A stretch of 56,304 nucleotides of DNA, the filler included, from Sphacelaria rigidula (lineage: Eukaryota): assembly GCA_964200075.2 (NCBI GenBank). It is 3 parts of 3 records of this genome, joined end to end, with 100 filler letters (N's around TTAATTAATTAA, not from the genome) between each part and the next. Parts side by side here need not be neighbours in the genome. Positions count along the whole stretch, not along the records: positions 1 to 18,706 come from CAXNAA020000808.1; positions 18,807 to 37,506 come from CAXNAA020000809.1; 1 more part is not named here. One strand, 5' to 3'. Positions 12,481 to 23,753 of this stretch are shown here, piece after piece. A program made the translations under genes and the position numbers. Positions within the stretch are counted from its first letter, which is position 1, and each line of letters opens with the position of its first letter. The notes below the pieces were generated by a model. It was not told where the DNA came from, made no database searches, and saw only the letters and a program-made list of their open reading frames with translations.

Positions 12481-13680
12481 CACTTATGGGACCGGGCCTC
12501 CAGAACGACCAATGAGGCTGGTCGAGAATGACGTGTCTGGCGTCTGCACGAAACAGTGCACGGTTAGGACGAATAATGATTCGTCAGGAAATTACCTGGT
12601 TTTAGTATAGTAAGTTGACTCGTGATAAATGAATCCCCATGACTCATTNNNNNNNNNNCAATCAGGCAGAAGAAATCGTGAATTTGGTGATTTTGAGTCG
12701 TGATGATTTGTCCCAACCGTGAAACCGTGGCGTGTTGCTGAAAATCCGCGCATGTAACCGCAGGGTTATGACGAAGACCGAAAGTTTCATCGAATCTATT
12801 TTCAGGTGCAGGGTGCGCATCAGGTGGTGTACATCTCACGTAGCCAGCAGTGTGAGTCGTGGTTGCGAGCTTCCAACAGGATGGCGCGACCGGCGAGCCG
12901 CCCGCCACTTGTGGCTTTGGATGATACTTTTGTCACCATCACCTTGCCACACAGTCCATTGTGGTCGGGGTGGGCCGCCCTTTCCCCACTTGTTGCATGT
13001 GGCAAATTCTCTTCGCAGATTATCAGCGTTGCGGCGCGCATGCATACAACTGTATAGTACAGTACAGTGTAGTACGCCTCTCCGACTGAAGCAGCAGCTG
13101 TCGCTGCACACTCCCTTGCACGTTTGGGCAATTCTCAGCTATCGAAATCAGCTGCCTATATACAGCTTTGTCGTCCCCGTCCACTACATACGTGTGGACT
13201 GCACACAACAAGTCATCGGCAGAGGGATACGCAGAATTCATGACGGTAGCTCCTTTTGTTTTTCCACAGCCCACCTGGGTTTAGTGCCTCGTGAAAATGA
13301 CCACATTGTGGCACGTACACTTCCCCCGTTTTTTTCCGGTGCACCCCGTGTTAGTGTAAATTATTACGTTTCAGTATAGAACTGGGACCCAAAAAGCACT
13401 CCGGAAAAACTCGGGAACGGTATACTGGGTGCAAGTAGTACCATAAAACCAAGCTGCGACCACCCTGCACTTGGAAACCTGGGGAGGCTTATCTGGGCCG
13501 GAGATAAGGCCCCCACACGATATTTCCAGTAGCACCACACTCGACAACAATCCCCGCGCTGGTCGCTCGGGTCTGGTCGATAAATTTCGCCTCGCCGTGA
13601 TTGGGCAGGTCGTTCGAAGACAATTTCTCATTATTCCACTAGCACAGGGTCAACCCTGTGTTGGTCCGGTCCCAAAAGGG
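12481..13680 (-). mobile_element. piggyBac-like non-autonomous element, copy A (orientation defined relative to copy B)
   Basis: Ends cacttatgggaccgg...ccggtcccaaaaggg followed by TTAA (13681-13684), left flank TTGA; reverse complement of 14003-15053 over most of its length; contains a short-repeat insertion and a 10-N gap. Confidence 0.8.
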
Positions 13681-14002
13681 TTAATGAGTGATTATTCATC
13701 TCATAGTTGGTGAGATGTAACTGTTAGGCTCTTACCCGTTCTGCTTTTCGTGCTGGCGTTCTCTGCTCCCGACTTCGGGCAAGCACATGCCTCAATGAGG
13801 CTTTTCCGCTGATTGGTCATGCTACTTTGGGGTATAGTAAAATTTCCCACACCTCAGCTCGCCGACATGTGCCAATTATGACTCTTTTCTTTCAACTGTC
13901 GACTTTCGTTTCATGCCTTATTTTTCACACGCACGCTTAATCTCCTTTCTCATGTCTCCAGGTTTGCGTAGTGTATGCTCAAAACCGTCTACTTCAATTC
14001 AA

Positions 14003-15053
14003 CCCTTTTGGGACCGACCCCCCACTAACACCGGGTCAACCCTGTGTCAGCGAATTAATTTTCAAAAAGTCTTCGAGCGACCTGCCCAATCACGGCGATG
14101 CGAGATCTATCGACCAGACCCGAAGGATCAGCGCGGGGATTGTTGTCGAGTGTGGTGCTACTGGAAATATCGTGTGGGGGCCTCGACAACAATCCCCGCG
14201 CTGATCGTTCGGGTCTGGTCGATAAATCTCGCATCGCCGTGATTGGGCAGATGCCACTCCAAAGGTCGTGTGGGCACCCTATCCCTGGCCCAGATAAGCC
14301 TTCCCAGGTTTCCAAGTGCAGGGCGGTCGGAACTTGGTTGTGGACATTACTTGCACCGAGTACAGCTTTCCCGAGTTTTCCGGTGGGTTTTTTGGGTCAC
14401 AATTCTATACTGAAACGCAGTAATTACACTAACACAGGGTGGACCGGGAAAACCGGGAAGGAGTGTGCATGCCACAATGTGGTCATTTTTACGAGGCACT
14501 AAACCCAGGTGGGCTGTGGAAAAACAAAAGGAGCTACCGTCATGAATTCTGTGTATCCCTCTGCCGATGACTTGCAGTGTGCAGTTAATATATATGTTGT
14601 GGGCGGGGATAAAGAGGCGGTATGTAGGCAGTTGATCTCGGTAGCTGAGAATTGCCCAAACGTGCAAGGGAGTGTGCAGCGGCAGCTGCTGCTTCAGTCG
14701 GAGAGGCGTACTACACTGTACTGTACTATACTGTTGCATGCATGCCCGCCGCAACGCTGATAATCTGCGAAGAGAATTTGCCACATGCAACAAGTGGGGA
14801 AAGGGCGGCCCACCCAGACCACAAAGGACTGTGTGGCAAGTTGATGGTGACAAAAGTATCATCCAAAGCCACAAGTAGCCGGCGGCCCGCCGGTCGCGCC
14901 ATCCTGTTGGAAGCTCGCTACCGCGACCCATACTGCTTGCTACATCAGATGTACACCACCTAATGCGCACCCTGCACCTGTTTTGTTTGGCCGCCAGACA
15001 CGTCATTCCTGACCAGCCTCAGTGGTCGTTTTGGAGGCCCGGTCCCAAAAGGG
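14003..15053 (+). mobile_element. piggyBac-like non-autonomous element, copy B
   Basis: Perfect 14-bp TIR CCCTTTTGGGACCG / CGGTCCCAAAAGGG, flanks TCAA and TTAA; no transposase-like ORF recognised. Confidence 0.85.
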
Positions 15054-15084
15054 TTAAACGCCAAGATGATGGACACAAAAATCT

Positions 15085-15142
15085 CATTATTGTTATTTCC
15101 GCACATCAGTCCGATCTCTCGAACCTGTGGTCACAGACGTGG
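15085..15142 (-). repeat. Probable 3' end of a non-LTR retroelement with (TAA)n-like tail; copies at ~31470-31525 and ~55135-55190
   Basis: ttattgttatttccgcacatcagtccgatctctcgaacctgtggtcacagacg recurs three times, each beside a tta/att run. Confidence 0.55.
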
Positions 15143-16154
15143 CATACTCGTATTCAAGTCCAATTCAGAGGTGCCCGGGGTGCCGTCATGCCGTCCGTTG
15201 ACCTAATTGACTCAAATTTCTGCTCAAAATGGAAGTACACGTGGTTGCATGTGCTCGTTATTGCTGTCATGATGCGGAATCATACACATTGCGGATGGAC
15301 TTTTTCCAGGATCAGCTTCGGAAACGTTCACAAGTGGGCATCGGAATATTTACGGGGGAAATCCAGTGCATTCTCCGGCCGTGATGTGTGGCCTCGCTCA
15401 CTTGAAAAAACAGCAAAATGATAAAATCTCGTGTTTTCTCTCGAACAATTTCGATATCCGTTCCTTTCTATTCTTCAGAATCCCCTGCAAGAACGGTTTA
15501 CTATAAATTGAGGATATGGATATTCATTTTAGGATGAGCGAGGCCGCATATCACGGCCGGAGAGGGCGTCTGCAACATTTAAAAATATTTCGATTCTTCT
15601 GAAGGTTGCCAAGGCTCATATCATTCTCGGAAGCACATATATCCGCATTTTGCGAAATCCCATGTTTTTTTTCTCTCAACTCTGCTGGAAATGCTCCGAG
15701 TCCTAACAGTTCTGGCCATGCTTCTATTGTCGAACCTGCATTCGGTCGTGCTCGTTTTCTTTGGTGTAAATTTGCTCACATTTCTGGGGACAGAATCGAT
15801 AAGGCCCTGGGAATTGTCGTTTTTACAAAACCCGGAAAAATGAATTTCTCCTGGGCTGGTAGGCCCTGAGTACAGTGGGCCAATTTTGACGGAAGATAAG
15901 GTCAGATAGCCCAATTTTGTGGCCTCCGGCAGCGCCTCCTCGCCAGCCGGGGAGGGGGGGTTGGAGCTCGACCAGTGAGCGGGCGAACGAGCCCGCTCGC
16001 TGCGCTCGCAATTCGGTTTTGTCCAATTTATCGAATTTATCGACATCGAACGCTCCAAATGTCGGTATCATATCAAAGTGATGAGTGGTTCGGCGACCAA
16101 CACTAGTTTTCAAGTAAAAGTGATTTCTATTTAAAAACGGCACCTAACGTAACT

Positions 16155-16937
16155 GGTCACCATGGTAGCTCAGTTGGTAACCTCGAAAGCTGCTGACGGG
16201 TGGGTCGTGGATTCGAATCTCGAAGCGATCTGGGAATTTTTTCTCACACGATGCCCAGCAGTGGAGAGCGACGATGTCGTGGGTACCAGTGTTGGATATC
16301 GTATCGAAAGCTTCGATATATCGTATCGAAATACCGTTATCGTTTTCGTATCGAAAACATTACGATAAACGATAAAACGTACGGTGTCATTATTTGGTTT
16401 TGCCGAGTCCGGACACGTTGTCTCCTAGGCTAGGAGACCTTGATTGGGCCAATATCGATTGGAAATAGAGCTATATATCCCGATTTTCTTGCCTCCGGCG
16501 GCGCCTCCCGCGGGATCCCCTCGTGAGCCAGGGGGAGGGAGGGGAGCATTTGAGGCTCCAGCGAACGGACTCGCTGCGCTTGCCTCCGTTTGGCTTCCGC
16601 CGAAATTTATCGAAATTTATCGAAATTTATCGTCATCGAACGGTGAAAAAGTCGATCTCGTATCGGAGTGCTAAATGGTTCGATATCCAACACTAGTGGG
16701 TACACGAAAAAAATCTACTGAACGGTCGACGATGGAAAGGGACCGTTGAACCCCTCTCGCGATTATATATAATATATTGAAAAATAAGGGCAGGCTCCGC
16801 AGAATCAAGGTGGAGAAATGAAAAATAATAATATTAAACTGATATGTTGGCCTTCCTTCCGTGTGACCTCGACTGGTGCGCCCACATATACCGAAAGGTG
16901 TAGCCTGGCGTCCAGATTAGATGAGAAAACAACACAA
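16155..16937 (+). mobile_element. tRNA-derived SINE, full-length copy interrupted by a hAT MITE
   Basis: Head ggtcaccatggTAGCTCAGTTGGtaacc...tgCTGac...gtggATTCGAATCtcg; body gtggagagcgacgatgtcgtgggtac; 3' region ggtgcgcccacatataccgaaaggtgt and aacaacac tail, shared with 28699-29017. Confidence 0.8.
16287..16695. mobile_element. hAT-like MITE (409 bp) with 8-bp TSD, inserted in the SINE
   Basis: TIR CAGTGTTGGATATCG / CGATATCCAACACTA; TSD GTGGGTAC at 16279-16286 and 16696-16703. The paralogous SINE has a single GTGGGTAC at 28784-28791 (empty site). Confidence 0.92.
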
Positions 16938-17289
16938 AAATACACCTGCGAGCAAACCCCATGTTTTTCGAGAGTCCGGTCCCCGAAGGGGTGACCTTTA
17001 AAGAGCGAGCGTCGCCTACCAACATTTTCACAGGTTGACAGTCTAGGAGACATTCGGAGGTTTCCAGTGGCTGGGCGGGGTGTTTTTTTTTTTTTTGAGG
17101 GGGGGTCTGTCCGCAGAGAAGCCGAAAAGCTTGCCAAGCGTCAACCATGTGTGTTTGGACGTTTTCCGTGGAAGATTCTACGCCGTGGACGAGTACGTAG
17201 TTCCCCTACATGTGGATTACTTCGCTGTCTAGTGGAATTTTTCATTTTGGTCACGGCAATTCAACCATGAATAACATTGATTGTGGAGA

Positions 17290-17960
17290 GCGATAGCACG
17301 CTGACTGTTTCTTGCCTTTGTATCCAGCGGAGACATACCGCACACATACTGTCCCGCAAAAAGGAGTCCGACCGAAATGGTTCGTTTACGATGAAGAGGT
17401 TAACAATGCACATGATTGGCTCACTGCGGCGAAGAACATGAGCAAATGGCATATTTTACTCAAAAAAGGAGCGCAAGAGTTTGAGGACACGTGGCGGCGC
17501 GCGGACAGATGAGAATCAGACCGCCGTCACATGCGACAGGCTGCTGCGTCGAGTGCCGCCAATCGAAGAATCCTGTCTGCTCATATCGGTTGTTGATTAT
17601 GTTAAGAGTCGGTGGCTCTGCGGTGTCCCCTGGTGTGTGTCTGTATTTACTCTGCTGCCCTGAACTATTTGGGCTTTTTCCTTTTTTTTTCGTTCCATTT
17701 TTTTCCGCTTTCTTGTCTTCTTCCTCTTTCGTTGTTGTTCTTCAGGTTGGCCATCTCTTTCTGTGCTTTGCTTTCGTTGACTTTATTGTTTCACGTCTTA
17801 CTCTACTGTGTCGTTCTGTTCGACTTTTTTCTGTTCCTTCTTTTCTTCAGCGAGTGTTTCAGTTTTGGTTTTCTTGGATACATACGTCTATCGTGCGACC
17901 ACGGCTGGACCCCTGGGGGGTCAGCTAAAGTGCGACAATCAAATCAAATCAAATCAAATC
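17290..17960 (+). mobile_element. 5'-truncated LINE fragment (RTE-like) with (CAAAT)n tail
   Basis: Decayed ORF end HTVPQKGVRPKWFVYDEEVNNAHDWLTAAKNMSKWHILLKKGAQEFEDTWRRADR, then a T-rich 3' region ending in aatcaaatcaaatcaaatc. Resembles the C-terminus of brown-algal RTE-like LINEs (from memory). Confidence 0.6.
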
Positions 17961-18706
17961 ATACTGACTCTGGACGCCCTTGAACGCACTGTCAAAACCG
18001 GTCAGTGGTTCTGCAGGACTATTTTTTATCTACATGCCCGGTATCCACATGATTATGAAAATGCGTTTCCTGTAGCGAAAAAAAAGCTATTTTGAACCCC
18101 AGATGTGGCATTGTCCATCCTAGTCCACCTGCCGGGGGGTCGCTGTCCAAGGGTTGAAGTAGAATGACGGTCTCTGCAAGCCACTCATTGGCTGCAGGGG
18201 TGTTTCAATGCATACAAAAGACAACCGATTAAACGAGCTGATATTTTTCTGCACCTCATCTACATGGTGTGGCACCGTCTCCAGGAAACTCTGAAACTCA
18301 GCCGCCTCACCGGCAGTTTTTCATCACTACACCAGGTTGATATTTCTGACTCGCGGTCAACCCGTACCAAAGTGTCTCAGACAATATACATTCCATCCCT
18401 AGTTTCAATGGCATACTCCCAAGACATGAACCACTTTCAATTTCGGTAATCTGACCACGTATGACAACTCAATTACTTGAATTTAGAGTATCTCTCCTCC
18501 CGCCCCATTAACTTTCATGATGAAAAAAAAAAATTGTTGTCGAAACTTGAAGAGTCAGCACCCCTTTGGTGCAGACACGTATTACGGCGATGATCACGGA
18601 CATGCACGGGGAAGGAGTAACTCATCTATGATGAAAAGTTACAAGGGTCGCACAAATAATGATTCGTCTGGAAATTACTTGGTTTTAGTATATTGAGTCG
18701 ACTCGT

Positions 18707-18806
18707 NNNNNNNNNNNNNNNNNNNNNNNNNNNNNNNNNNNNNNNNNNNNTTAATTAATTAANNNNNNNNNNNNNNNNNNNNNNNNNNNNNNNNNNNNNN
18801 NNNNNN
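18707..18806. other. Assembly gap with artificial TTAATTAATTAA linker
   Basis: N44-TTAATTAATTAA-N44, 100 nt in total; stop codons in all six frames; same structure at 37507-37606. Confidence 0.95.
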
Positions 18807-19750
18807 GAATCCTTTGATAATCTCCATTCTGTTATGACCCTGCCTCCTGGGCTCAAGGGTCCCTCTTCTAAAGAGCCCCCCCCCCCCCCCCCCCGCACGC
18901 AACTGTAACACGATGTTGTGCCGCCATGTCATCGATACTTCATTACTTCATTGTAATTACTGTACACAAGGCATACTATAGCACGATCAGATTAACCTCC
19001 CAAAAAGTAGTCAGTCGCCGACGACAACAGCAACAGCTCCAGCACAGAAAGAAAAAAAAAATAGACATGAGGAGACGAGAAAGTGGGTGTCGCTGCTGCT
19101 CTGCTGTGCTTACTGAGTCATGCACTGGCCCGTCTGTGTTGAATATTTTTTTCGTTAATTTGGAATCTGAAAGTCAGTCGCTGTCGCCCATTGTCAACAA
19201 CAACGACACAGGAAAAAGAACACAAAAACAGTACTGTCATCATCCATCCGTGAAAATAAATCGTTTCGTACGTGTGTGATAGGAGTGTAATCTGCAAAAC
19301 TTCCGCGGCTGCCTTCCAATGGCGGATGCATCAACAAAATTAGGCACCCTTCATCTCTCCCTGATTGATAGATACACATGTATGCGCCCTTATAAAATTC
19401 CTACGCTAAATCTCAGCCTTTCAATAATTCGCCTCATCAGACGCTCATCCAGGTCACCTGATCAGATCAATGAACGCCGAGTATTTCATCATGAGCGGCC
19501 CATCATCCATTAGATACTCAGATGGATGGGATCCACACACATCGTGGTGGTCTAAATTACGCGCACACGATTTCAAAAGTTTCCACGTATACAGAGTCCC
19601 AAAAGTTACGGGATGCACGTCGACGATATGACGCGAAAAAACGCGTACGCAAAACTCAAAAATCAAACGCGTTGATGACATGACAATTTGGGCAGACTCT
19701 CCTCAGCAACAATCAATCGCGGGATCAGACACGTTCACTCTTTCGACAAG

Positions 19751-19781
<31 letters not shown>

Positions 19782-22256
19782 ACCCCCCCCCCCCCCCCCA
19801 CACCCACCCCCCCCAACCCACCCACAACAAACCCTAAAAAACACATCACNNNNNNNNNNAATTTGGGCGCCCCCCCCCCCCCAACAAAAAACCCCGGGAT
19901 CCAACACCTTCCCCCCTTCCACACCCCCCCCCCCCCCCCCCCCCCCATCCAGAAACAAAAAACAAGAGCGCTCAACCTCGACCCAACATGGAAAAATACA
20001 TATTTCTACTTGTGTGATGTGCGACCAATTGGTGATTGGTCATTGATGTCCGGATTTTCTTATTATATACCCCCGTACCCATCGTTTTCGCCTTTTGCAC
20101 GCATTCATGTTATTGCCCGCCCCCTCCGTACTACTGTTATGTACGGACGCACGCAAACCATAAAATAAGGGGGGAAAGGACAGGACGCAGTACGTAGTAA
20201 TGTGAACTGAACTGGTGAAGGGGGTGTTAGAGGAAACATGAAAGAGGAAAAGGGCATATGCCAACGTCAACATGCAACAACGAAAACGCAGCAGGGAAAG
20301 GACAAAGCAAATCCTAAACGGGCAAAAACGTAGTTGGAATATGACCGGGAATACACAACCCCTCACCCTCTACCCGGTGCCCAAGGAAAGAACACATACG
20401 ACAGCTTACAGGGCAATTGGTTCCCGACTGTAGTAGCACGAGGCAACAGCCCGCGCGACCCAAACCACCAATAAGGCTCACGAACAGAAAAAAATCTGAC
20501 CTGAAGGGAGGGGAGGCAGGGGAGGGAAGGTGGGGGGTGTAGATCCATCTTGGTCGAAACAATTTCGATCCAGAGGAACCTTTTGCATCGGGAGCATCCA
20601 TCCACTGCCTCTTGAACTCGACGCGACACAACAAAACACGACGGCTCCTCCCCGTGTGTGCGTGGGGAAGCTGACGCGTGTGAGTGATTGGTCCTCCTCT
20701 TGGCGGCCACTAAAAAAAAGAAGAGGGTGATGGAAAAAATAAAAAACTGTTTGATATGTCACTGTGGCTACACGCACGCCTTCAAAATCGAGTATAGTCC
20801 CCCTATATGGTCTTCGCGTAGTAATAGTAGTAGCACTGCAGCACACATATACGTACGTGTAAGGTATCTAGATTCTTATATCAAGAAGTGAGAAGAAAAA
20901 AAAGGAAAAGAATCATCATCAGCCGAGCCTTTTCCTGTATCCCCTGTAACCCCCACTACTGGGCAACAGCTGGTCGTCTACATTCCCCCTCCCAGTGTAT
21001 CCTAGTGGTCATTATCCAGTGCTCGCTACTCTAAATCGGCATTTTCCCCCTCTGCGTGCCTCTTCCGACAAAAACGCCCTCTCGACACACACATGATGAG
21101 CGTAGGCACGCAGACAACATTCGAACCCATGTCGACTTTCTACTCTCCCCTCACACCATAACATCATCGTATATACTACAGCTGAGTCATGCCGCGATAG
21201 CCCCCCCCCCCCTCCCCGCAAAACTAGCCCGAACCCTCTCACGAAGAGCATGGCCACACAGCTGGTTTCAGACTTTATGAGAGCCCCTCATTTGGGCGAC
21301 ATTGGCGAAAAGGATCCCAAGCATGAGAGTTCCCCAACTGCTTGGTATACTCTGCTTCCGTCATTTTGATTTACATGTAAATTTTTCTCCCTCAAACCAG
21401 CCATTCGTCCGAGGAAGGGCTTATCGCGGCATCACTCAGTTCACGCCACATATGGGAAGGTATTGGCGCGACAACAATTGGCATCACCTCTTCTCCCCAC
21501 TCCCCCAATCATATCGGACATTTTCTCAAGAGACTATCGTGGTCCTCGAGAGAGGGAAATGGGGGAGCCTCGTAAAAAACACACCGGGCAACGGGCAAAA
21601 TACGCGACAAACGATGAGACAAGGAAACGCGCGGTCCAACACACACACAGACCACGCTTTACAACGAGAGCGTCACAACCTTGTGGTGGCCTGTCTACCC
21701 CTATCGGCCGGTTGGTTCTCTTTCCTCAATGTCCTTTTATCAGGCGACCGACCTTTCTCCCCCTCTCTTGCCCCGGCGCCCACGACTTCTGGATGCAGGC
21801 CCCTGTTCTGTCCTGTCATTGTCGTCGAGCACCCTTGCCCTCCCTCTCCCACGCCACAAGGAGAACTATGATACCATCATCTTCGAACAGAACGGAAATG
21901 ATTTGTTGTGCTCGAATCTACCGCTCTTTTTCAGTTCAAAATTTCAGATGCCATCATCGTGCAGAGGAGCATTGACCACATCCTTCCCCCCCCGTCCATC
22001 GGCATCAGTGCGGGATTTGATTCCCAGAAACAGATATGAAACGGGTTATGCCTGCTCATCACCACACATTCGATTGGTGGAAGGTACGATCAACCCGTCT
22101 AGAGGGACAAAAAAAATACGATTCGGCCCTTGGGGTCTGAACTGGTTCTACACAAACCGAACTTTTGGTTCTAACCCCTGTCTTTCCCTTCAGCAACCTC
22201 TGCGGGCTCTAAACTCTCTTTCCCTGCTCCTCTCATGTACTTTAAGCCTCTAACAG

Positions 22257-22305
<49 letters not shown>

Positions 22306-23753
22306 CCCNNNNNNNNNNCACCACCCTTCTGGGCCCCTCCCCCCCTTTCCCCCCCCCCCTCATTTACTTTTACCCCTCACCCACCCCCCCCCCCCCCCCC
22401 CCCCCCCCCGCCCTCTTTCTCTGCCGCAAAGCACAGCACCATGATTTGCTAACTGCTTGCAACACCCTTCGCATTGTTTGTCTTGTCTAGTTTAGTACTC
22501 TTGCATCACTTCGCCATCATCTATAACGCATCAAGTTTGCCTCTTTACCGCGCGGTCCTACAGTAGCCCCCAACCCACCCCCACCCCTTCCACAAGCGAC
22601 CGCGTTTCCTCAAGACCCTTACAGAAGAGAATAAATGCGGTCGGCTATTGGCATTGCTATACCGCCAGTACTTCGTAAAGAAACAACGAAAACATGTACA
22701 CGCACACACAGAAACAATAAATGCAAAAATCTTGCTACAATACCAACAGTAAAACCTATTCGTCAACGAAAACAAGGACGTATGTGACTGCGCCAATACG
22801 CCCCCCTCCCCATTCTTTTGCCAAGCATCTTCCACAGCAAGCCCAGGGAACGTTTCCCAGACCCGTAGAAGAACGTTCCGCGATTTTAGTTCCCCCTAAA
22901 CACACAGGTCTATCAGGTACTCCGCGCGCCGAGGAAGACATGGAAAACCAAAACAGACAAACAGCGCCGCAAGCATGACATGCGAGCCAGCCCACTACTA
23001 CGGCGGTAAAATCCCCTAGCCCATAGCCTCTTCATCTTCAAAACTGTTCACATGGGTACTATCATGCATCATACAACTCAAGACTTCTTTTGCCACGTCG
23101 ACTCCACACAGACAAGACGAACTACTTCTTTGGTCTGTCCCCCGCTCACGCTCCTCCCCCGCCTCTCTTCATTTGACAGACATGAAAAAAGACACCAACA
23201 TAAACGTCTAGTCGACAAAAATCCGAAGAATGTAAAAATCCACAATTTTTAGTCCGCGATCCGTCGAGACAGAAGAAGGGTTACTGCTGCCGCCCCCCCG
23301 CGCCCCCTCCTCCGTTCTTCCGACACATCCATGTTGTTGTTCGATATCTCGTTTTTCAAGTGTTCGGGCTATTCCCATGCATGCCTCACCGCCTCCGCGA
23401 CTCCCTTGCGCTTACGGGCTGAACCTTTCCCGTATAGAGCCCCCAGAACTTCCACGCCACATCACCAACATCGTCCTTCACCGACATGTTGGGGTCCCAC
23501 ACAAATGACGTAACGTACGGCTCAGTATCGCAAGTACTTCGAATTTTCACCCGATGATACCTATCCAAGGTAATCCGCAGGCACTCGACACTGCGACTAT
23601 CCTGAAAATCCGGGATAGTACCCGCGCAATACGATGGGTACCCTGGAGGTACTCGGTACTGCAAATACTCCGAAAAATTCCGAGTGGTATGGAACCTACA
23701 GGGGTATAGGGCTACCGGCGGTACCCTAGCCTGACCACGACCAACCCCCAACA

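Larger units (their letters stand above)
12261..16105. mobile_element. hAT-like non-autonomous element (3.8 kb including nested inserts) with 8-bp TSD
   Basis: Termini TAGTGTT...AACACTA; TSD GTTTTCAA at 12253-12260 and 16106-16113; tatcga-rich subterminal regions homologous to the 16287-16695 element. Confidence 0.85.
12176..16990. mobile_element. Outer piggyBac-like non-autonomous element (~180 bp of own sequence) split by nested insertions
   Basis: Left cccttttgggaccggacccccagaaacatggggtttgcacgcag (12176) is the inverted counterpart of ctgcgagcaaaccccatgtttttcgagagtccggtccccgaaggg (ends 16990). Flanking tetramers are degenerate (ccaa / gtga). Confidence 0.65.

Noticed and set aside
12732-15006. 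Paired 215-aa and 219-aa ORFs (12732-13379 +, 14347-15006 -) and the overlapping 83-aa ORFs
   Set aside because: Their similarity only reflects two copies of one transposon; no transposase or other recognisable motif.
16155-16230. Functional tRNA gene (also 10940-11018)
   Set aside because: Acceptor and anticodon stems are mismatched and the sequence continues into a shared interspersed body, so it is a SINE head.
18751-18762. TTAATTAATTAA as a biological motif
   Set aside because: It is centred in a fixed 100-nt N block twice and is a scaffolding linker. Gene adjacency across it, such as the head-to-head TAZ/LHC arrangement, is therefore unverified.
20367-20709. Exon-like minus-strand segments with AG/GT borders downstream of the TAZ gene
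   Set aside because: They could not be joined in frame to a neighbouring gene and have no recognisable product; they may be UTR, non-coding exons or chance.
19750-22410. Poly-C tracts giving poly-Pro/Gly ORFs (also 51565-51710)
   Set aside because: Homopolymer runs, the first two beside 10-N gaps; probably low-quality sequence and non-coding.
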